Source of the DNA: Promethearchaeota archaeon
GTDB lineage: Archaea > Asgardarchaeota > Lokiarchaeia > Sigyniarchaeales > SOKP01
Assembly (NCBI GenBank): GCA_019057865.1
Contig: JAHLWP010000027.1
Span: 1 to 56,790 of the forward strand
Direction: 5' to 3'
DNA: 56,790 bases
A program made the position numbers and the translations under genes. The stretch's first letter is position 1. Every line of letters begins with the position of its first letter. Below are positions 50,982 through 56,790 of the stretch, piece by piece. The notes under the pieces were generated by a model. The model was not told where the DNA came from. It ran no database searches and saw only the letters and a list, made by a program, of their open reading frames with translations.

Positions 50982-51514
50982 TCTTCTTTCTTGATAAGAT
51001 AAGTTATATGACCTAACTCTGGAAGAATCAATTTATTTATAGCTAACTTCACAGCATTTGGAGAACCAGGTAAAAGAAATATTGTTTTACCCAATAAAGT
51101 ACCGGCAATAGCTCTTGATAACATTGCAGAAGATCCTATTTCCTTAAATGATAAATACCTGAATAGCTCTCCAAAACCATCAATTTCTTTTTCTAATAAA
51201 GGTGTAATCGTCTCATAGGTAATATCTTTAGATGTTAAGCCAGTACCTCCGCTAAATATTACAGAATCAATTGAAGGATCTTTTACTAATTTATTTAAAA
51301 TTCCTTTGATATGATCTTTGGAATCAGGTATTATTTCAGAAAAAGTTAGAGAAACTGACGTATTTTCTTCTATAATTTGCTTTACTAAAGGAAATGTTTT
51401 ATCAGAACTGGTCTTATTCTTTTGAATTTCATTAAATCGACTTGTACTTACCACAATTAGAGCAATATTAATTTTTTTAGGAGCTTCTTTTTTATGCTCT
51501 TCATGAACTTTCAT
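50978..51514 (-). CDS. moaB: MoaB/Mog molybdopterin adenylyltransferase
   Basis: SGGTGLTSKDIT, GFGELFR, AMLSRA, LPGSP. Confidence 0.92.
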   Translation of the reverse strand: MKVHEEHKKEAPKKINIALIVVSTSRFNEIQKNKTSSDKTFPLVKQIIEENTSVSLTFSEIIPDSKDHIKGILNKLVKDPSIDSVIFSGGTGLTSKDITYETITPLLEKEIDGFGELFRYLSFKEIGSSAMLSRAIAGTLLGKTIFLLPGSPNAVKLAINKLILPELGHITYLIKKEE

Positions 51515-51537
51515 AGTCTTGTACTCATTATTTTTAA

Positions 51538-52764
51538 TTAAAAGAAATATACCCTTCTTTTATCTCCTTCTTCTATAATTGATTCTAATTCTTCAATTTC
51601 AATATACCCATCAGCATTAAATATAGTGCTTATTGCCTCTGAACCTGTTTTAATCGGAAAAATCTTTTTAATTCCATTAATATCTTTTATCTTGACAGTC
51701 TTAAATTCATGCCTTCCAACTGTACTATATACCCTCTCTCCAACTTCCAATTCTTTTGATTCTTTTTCCTTTAATGGATATCCTGACATCCTTCTAAGAA
51801 AATTTTCTATTAAAACATAAAAACAACTTAAAGCTGATGTTGGATAACCAGGTAATATAAATAATATCTTCTGACCTAATTTTGCAAATATTAAAGGTTT
51901 TCCAGGCTTAATCCTAACTCCATGTACAAGAATATCAACATTTTGGTAAGTCTCAAGGACTTGTGGACCTAGGTCGCCTTCTCCCTTAGAAGTCCCTCCT
52001 GAAAGAATTACTATATCACTCTCTTTTAATGCTTTATTAATAATATTATTAAGGGCTTCAAAATCATCATTAATAATTCCTAAGAATTTTACTTTAGCTC
52101 CTGTATTTTCGATTGCCTTCTTTAATACAATTGAATTTACATCATATATCTTTCCAATTTCAAGTTTTTGTGTCTCATGAGTTAAGAGTTCATTTCCGGT
52201 ACTGATTAGACTTATAATAGGTTTTCTATACACTGATACTTGACTTATTCCACATGAGGATAGCAATCCCAATGTAGGTAGATCGATTAAACTACTTTCT
52301 TTACAAATGATATCTCCTTTTTTCACATCATGCCCTATATTAATTATATGAGTTCCTGGAGTAATTGCTTTTGAGATAGTAACCTTATCTCCCTCTTTTT
52401 CTGTAAATTCAACCATGACTACACCATTAGCATTATCAGGAATGGCTGCGCCTGTTGCTACGTACGAACATTGTCCTTTTTCAATTTTTTTTAGAGGTCT
52501 ATCACCGGCACTAATTGTCTCAATAAGTTTAAGAGTTAGTAAATTATCTTCTTCAGCACCAAAAGAATCTTCAGCAATTACAGCATATCCATCCATTCTA
52601 GACTTTCTAAAATGGGGAACATCAATATCACTTATTATGTCTCTAGAGACGACTCTATTGAAGCCTTCTTCAAGAGGTATAATTTCTTCTTCAGAAACTA
52701 TTTTTGGAATTGAATTAAGTAATTTTTTTAATTCCTCAACTTGAATTGCCTTTAAGAATTTCAT
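51538..52764 (-). CDS. moeA: Molybdopterin molybdotransferase, second copy
   Basis: PHFRKSRMDGYA, STGNEL, SGGTSKG, KPGKP, LPGYP. Confidence 0.95.
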   Translation of the reverse strand: MKFLKAIQVEELKKLLNSIPKIVSEEEIIPLEEGFNRVVSRDIISDIDVPHFRKSRMDGYAVIAEDSFGAEEDNLLTLKLIETISAGDRPLKKIEKGQCSYVATGAAIPDNANGVVMVEFTEKEGDKVTISKAITPGTHIINIGHDVKKGDIICKESSLIDLPTLGLLSSCGISQVSVYRKPIISLISTGNELLTHETQKLEIGKIYDVNSIVLKKAIENTGAKVKFLGIINDDFEALNNIINKALKESDIVILSGGTSKGEGDLGPQVLETYQNVDILVHGVRIKPGKPLIFAKLGQKILFILPGYPTSALSCFYVLIENFLRRMSGYPLKEKESKELEVGERVYSTVGRHEFKTVKIKDINGIKKIFPIKTGSEAISTIFNADGYIEIEELESIIEEGDKRRVYFF

Positions 52765-52800
52765 ATTCAGTCCAAAATTTTATCATATGTCTTAAAATTG

Positions 52801-53244
52801 TTAATGGATCCATTTGGAGGTTCCATCAATAAAATCTTCTCGTTTCCACACTGCTATTTCTTTTTTATACAAATCAACAGCTTTTTTTATAGCATCAAAA
52901 CCTTCCTCTCTATGAGCTGATGCTACAACAACGTAAACTAAGTCATCAGAAAGGCTGAAATCTCCTTTAAAATGAACAATTTTTACATCTATAATTCCAT
53001 TTTTTTTCTTTAGACTTTCACAAATATCTTCTATAGTTTTATTTGCTAAATCATCAAAAGAATCAATTTTCATGCTTTTAACTTGTTTACTTTCCTTAGA
53101 GCTCTCTCTCACAATTCCAGTAAAAACATGAATAGACCCTACTTTTTTTATTTTAGGATTATTTTTTACAGATTTAATAATTTCGTCTAAAGTAATTTCT
53201 CCTTTATTATAAATACCAGATCGTAATTCTTTAGTCTCATTCAT
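52801..53244 (-). CDS. moaE: Molybdopterin synthase catalytic subunit
   Basis: FTGIVR, VASAHREEGF, VWKRE. Confidence 0.93.
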   Translation of the reverse strand: MNETKELRSGIYNKGEITLDEIIKSVKNNPKIKKVGSIHVFTGIVRESSKESKQVKSMKIDSFDDLANKTIEDICESLKKKNGIIDVKIVHFKGDFSLSDDLVYVVVASAHREEGFDAIKKAVDLYKKEIAVWKREDFIDGTSKWIH

Positions 53245-53250
53245 AATATA

Positions 53251-53541
53251 TCACCCCCCTGATACTGGTAATAAAAGAGCAATTTTATCTCCCTCATTTA
53301 AAGATGTGGATAAAACATCTTGACCATGGATAGACTTATTATTTACAATCACTGATATATTATTACTTAAAGATTCATTCTTTTTATCCAATAATAACTC
53401 TTGCATAGGATCATATTTTTTAATGAGTAAATCAATTAATTCCTTCAAATTTTTACTTGATAAATCGAACTTTTCAGTATCTTTTTTTGTAATATCCTTA
53501 AATTCTGCAAAATATAGTACTTCTACTAACAAATTATACAC
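53251..53541 (-). CDS. moaD: MoaD/ThiS family sulfur carrier
   Basis: Ubiquitin-like size with C-terminal LPVSGG, inside the Moco cluster. Confidence 0.92.
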   Translation of the reverse strand: MYNLLVEVLYFAEFKDITKKDTEKFDLSSKNLKELIDLLIKKYDPMQELLLDKKNESLSNNISVIVNNKSIHGQDVLSTSLNEGDKIALLLPVSGG

Positions 53542-53568
53542 TTTATTTTAAATCAATAAAAATCTTTT

Positions 53569-54489
53569 TTAATAATAAGGTTCTCTTGAATCAACTACCT
53601 CTTTTACAATTGATTCATATTTTGATAATGAATAGTGATTTCGTAAAACTTCTTTAACATTTTTCCCGAGATCTGAACGATATAAACAACCAAAAAGGTT
53701 TCCATCACATCCAACTCGTAGTTTAGTACATCCCATACAAAAATCGTGGCTAGGAGAAATAGTCTCAACAACAGCAGAATTCGGCATAATGAATACTTTT
53801 CTGTTTTGCATATTTCCTCTCACTATTGTTCTTTCTGCTTTAGATTCAAACTCTTCTATAAGAGGTTTAACATCATAATGATACTTTTCATAGAACTCAC
53901 CATTCCCTCCTAATGCATCAGAAACTTTATGCAATTCAATTAATTGTAAAACAAATCCATTTATTGCACAGAATTCAATTATACTTTCTAGTTCATTATC
54001 ATTAATCCCTTTTAAAATAACAAAGTTTAATTTTATGGGATTAAATCCAATTTCTTTAGCTTTTTTTAATGCTTTAAGAACCTTCCCTAAAGAATCCAAT
54101 CCATATATTCTCTTATATACTTCAGGTTTAAGTGAACCCAATGAAACATTAATTCTATTTAAACCAGCATTAAATAGTTCCTCAGCCATTTCATACAAAT
54201 AATATCCATTTGTAGTTAAAGAAATATCTTTATAGAGGTTCAAATCCGCTACATTTTTTATAATTTGTACTATCTCTTCTCGACATAAAGGTTCTCCCCC
54301 TGTGAATTTAATTCTTGTTACCTTTAAGATTTCGGCTAATATTTTACATAATTTAGTAATTTCTTCTACAGCTAATTCTGATGTTTTTGGAGTAAATCCT
54401 TCTTGATCACAATAAATACAATTAAAATTACATTTGGAAGTAATTGAAAATCTAATATGCTTTATTTCTCTATTATTCTTATCTTTCAT
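53569..54489 (-). CDS. moaA: GTP 3',8-cyclase
   Basis: CNFNCIYC radical-SAM motif, TGGEPL, and the second cluster FCMGC...C. Confidence 0.95.
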   Translation of the reverse strand: MKDKNNREIKHIRFSITSKCNFNCIYCDQEGFTPKTSELAVEEITKLCKILAEILKVTRIKFTGGEPLCREEIVQIIKNVADLNLYKDISLTTNGYYLYEMAEELFNAGLNRINVSLGSLKPEVYKRIYGLDSLGKVLKALKKAKEIGFNPIKLNFVILKGINDNELESIIEFCAINGFVLQLIELHKVSDALGGNGEFYEKYHYDVKPLIEEFESKAERTIVRGNMQNRKVFIMPNSAVVETISPSHDFCMGCTKLRVGCDGNLFGCLYRSDLGKNVKEVLRNHYSLSKYESIVKEVVDSREPYY

Positions 54490-54500
54490 TTTAAGTAGAT

Positions 54501-54932
54501 CTACATCTGTTTAATCTTTTTTTCAACTTTTATTTCAGTAATTAGGGTGGATGGATATTGTCCCTTCTCATCTTTTTCGTACATTTTAACAACATCCCAG
54601 ATATTTAGTAAAGCAGCGCTTACTCCTGTTAGAGCTTCCATCTCAACACCTGTTTTGGATAAACTCTTTACTACACACGTAACTTTAATGAATGTATTTT
54701 CTTCAAAGTCAAAATCTATGCTAACATTGTTTATCGGAATTGGATGGCAATAGGGAATCAAATCCGGTACTTTTTTAACAGCATTAATAGCAGAGACTTT
54801 TGCAATTGTAAGAACATCTCCTTTTTCGATTTTATTAGTCTTAATTCGATCTATGGTTTCTTTTTTAAGCTTAATTTTTCCAGATGCCCTAGCAATCCTA
54901 GGAATTGTATCTTTTTCAGATATATCGATCAT
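54501..54932 (-). CDS. moaC: Cyclic pyranopterin monophosphate synthase
   Basis: MIDISEK, LIPYCHPI, TGVEMEAL, WDVVK. Confidence 0.95.
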   Translation of the reverse strand: MIDISEKDTIPRIARASGKIKLKKETIDRIKTNKIEKGDVLTIAKVSAINAVKKVPDLIPYCHPIPINNVSIDFDFEENTFIKVTCVVKSLSKTGVEMEALTGVSAALLNIWDVVKMYEKDEKGQYPSTLITEIKVEKKIKQM

Positions 54933-55060
54933 TCTAGTTAAAACTCTATAAAGCTTCGATATGTATTATGAAACATATTGTTACTTAAAAATTTTATTAT
55001 GCGATCGGTTCTGAAGACTCTTTGTTTGAATACATTAAAAAAAAGAATTAAAAAAAAGAA

Positions 55061-55303
55061 TTAATATTCTTCTGGAAATAAAACCGTTGTTCTTGATCGA
55101 TCTGCTTCTGTGATAATCCAAATTTTATTATCTTTAAAGGAATAAGATGAAATAATTCTTAAACTGTGTTTTAATGAATAAAGATTTTCTTTAAAATCTT
55201 CTTCTGGAATATTTCCAAAGTCTCCCAGTAAATGCCTTTTAAGACAATCAATTACAAATTGACAAAAAGGGGAATCTTTTCTTAAAAGATAATGAAATTC
55301 AAA
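55061..55303 (-). pseudogene. Start-less fragment of a small conserved protein family common on mobile elements
   Basis: Not in the ORF track. My translation: ...CLKRHLLGDFGNIPEEDFKENLYSLKHSLRIISSYSFKDNKIWIITEADRSRTTVLFPEEY*, bounded upstream by an in-frame TAA. Confidence 0.7.
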
Positions 55304-55323
55304 TTAAGTTATCTAATGATTAC

Positions 55324-55905
55324 ATGGTGATTTTTGTTCTGTATGTGGAGCAAGAGTTAATATTAATAACAAAACATCTAATAAAAAAAATGGATAGAAA
55401 AAAAGATTCAGTAATCGGAATATTAAAAGAAAAGAAGAAATTAATCTTAGTTTCTGTTATAGGCTTCATAGTTTTTATAGCGATTTTTATACCTTCATTA
55501 ATGTATATTAGTAATCAGGATGGGATCGATATTGATAAGCTATACCAAAGGTCAAAAGATGGGATATTTGTAGAAGATAGATTTCTTGAACATGGAGAGG
55601 TTGTACCTTGTGGAGACGATAACTGTCAAGAATGGGGAGATGGTTTTTATTTTGATTTTTATGGAAAAGATGGAGATTGGTTTCATTTTATAACTTGGGA
55701 TAATTCTTTTACAGTCAGTACTGAAATAAGTAGAACATTAAATCTAATGACTGGATGGGGTTATTATTCAATGTCTACTGAGCTTATGTGGACAGGTATA
55801 TATACAGTAAGAATCCATAATTATGATATGGAAAATAGTGGACATATAAAGGTTTTTGTAATAGTCTATAATGAATATTATCCACCAGATTGTCCTTTAT
55901 GTTAA
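55324..55905 (+). CDS. Membrane-anchored hypothetical protein
   Basis: One TM followed by a beta-rich domain; the true start may be the ATG at 55390. Confidence 0.7.
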   Translation: MVIFVLYVEQELILITKHLIKKMDRKKDSVIGILKEKKKLILVSVIGFIVFIAIFIPSLMYISNQDGIDIDKLYQRSKDGIFVEDRFLEHGEVVPCGDDNCQEWGDGFYFDFYGKDGDWFHFITWDNSFTVSTEISRTLNLMTGWGYYSMSTELMWTGIYTVRIHNYDMENSGHIKVFVIVYNEYYPPDCPLC

Positions 55906-56578
55906 ATCTTAAATCCTTTTTTTTATTTTATTCACGTTTCGTGAAGATAGTCGAGTAGATAATAGGTGTTGTACTACTTCTAATAATCTGGAATATGGTC
56001 GATTATGGTATGAAGTATTGGTCTTCTGAAAGAGGATCTGCTTTTCTTGGTTATATGGCACTATTTGAAACAATTGCACTCTTCATAGTAATACCTATTC
56101 TATATCTAAGAACTTTAAAGAAACAAGATACCAAATTCTAACTAAGGTCTTCATCACTAATGAACTAATTAACTATATTCCGATTTATTGTTGTTTCTTT
56201 ATATATATTTAATAATAAAATAATGAGTGGGTACAAAATTCAGTGCTGGTGAGACGATCGGATCATAATTTGCATCTTGGTCTCTTAGTTTGGCAGTTTT
56301 CCAGTCGAAATAAATAAATGCACCTTGATTTCTGGCGAAAAGAGGTTTTAATAAAAAAACTCTTAGAAGAGTTTTTTGAAAAAGTGAATGATCGTAATTA
56401 TATATCCCAAAAGAAAATTAAATATAATGAAAATTTTCGTGATAGTGCTAAAAAAAGTAAGTTAGTACTTCAATCTTTCGAAGAAAATCTGAAATATCAA
56501 AACTTCTATGAGGAGAGAATATAGTAAGTTAAAGAAACGAAAAAGAAATATGAAAAGTAAAAAATAAAAAAAAATGTT

Positions 56579-56790
56579 TTAATTTAAATGATTTAGTCTT
56601 CTTTTAACGATAATTACGGCAATAGTTGATATAATTCCTAAAAGTAATAATATATCGTATCCAGGAATCCCAGGAGGAGTTGGTTGAGAAATCGCCTCAA
56701 ATTTGAATTTCACCAAGAACGCGTCGTCATTACCGGCTCCGAAACTATCTGTAACTCCCGCTAAGTACGCGTTGCCCGAGCCGTCCACGG
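56579..56790 (-). CDS. C-terminus of an SBBP-repeat surface protein with a Loki-CTERM-like sorting signal (runs off the window)
   Basis: DGSGNAYLAG...DAFLVKF repeat, then PGIPGYDILLLLGII + TM + KRR. Confidence 0.85.
   Translation of the reverse strand, partial: VDGSGNAYLAGVTDSFGAGNDDAFLVKFKFEAISQPTPPGIPGYDILLLLGIISTIAVIIVKRRLNHLN

Noticed and set aside
49725-54932. Two moeA copies as a novelty
   Set aside because: Paired MoeA paralogues are common in archaea; the cluster is an ordinary Moco/Wco pathway.
4314-54941. Short track ORFs nested in or antisense to longer genes (e.g. 4314, 6265, 8836, 12037, 18881, 19879, 20227, 21515, 22784, 23183, 23975, 26229, 27040, 27320, 32568, 34080, 35647, 37875, 41705, 41847, 42025, 43563, 50137, 50512, 51626, 52415, 54547, 54744)
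   Set aside because: They overlap well-supported genes and show no recognisable motifs.

Overview
AT-rich archaeal DNA, most consistent with an Asgard archaeon of the Lokiarchaeia type (two small Ras-superfamily GTPases, a PAC2 chaperone, Nre, DUF2070 and a Loki-CTERM-like sorting tail). The window has two parts. About 0.4-19.4 kb is a heavily eroded accessory/defence island. It starts at a 3'-truncated tRNA-Ala(GGC) and contains: a PD-(D/E)XK nuclease; an Nmad2-like + DUF2075 helicase + small-ORF operon; a PIWI-only remnant of a short, catalytically inactive prokaryotic Argonaute; a frameshifted DUF4209/HEPN gene; an apparently intact DprA + PRTase (ShosTA-like) pair; an 84-85 bp tandem array of palindromic boxes; a GC-rich orphan structured-RNA candidate; an Mrr remnant; a HEPN-motif protein; an apparently intact HhH-like + Nmad2 + Nmad3 operon (best candidate for an uncharacterised DNA-modification/defence system); and an MNT-HEPN pair. 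About 19.6-56.8 kb is mostly core/metabolic: ogt, nitronate monooxygenase family, racemase, MFS, PAC2, GTPases, RsmB/NOP2, two tandem homocitrate-synthase-like genes, queT, nre, a Doc toxin-antitoxin pair, MoxR-vWA, an ABC-2 exporter and a moaC-moaA-moaD-moaE-moeA-moaB-moeA cluster. Several genes appear to start at ATA codons missed by the ORF track. All family calls come from motif recognition by eye; no searches were run.
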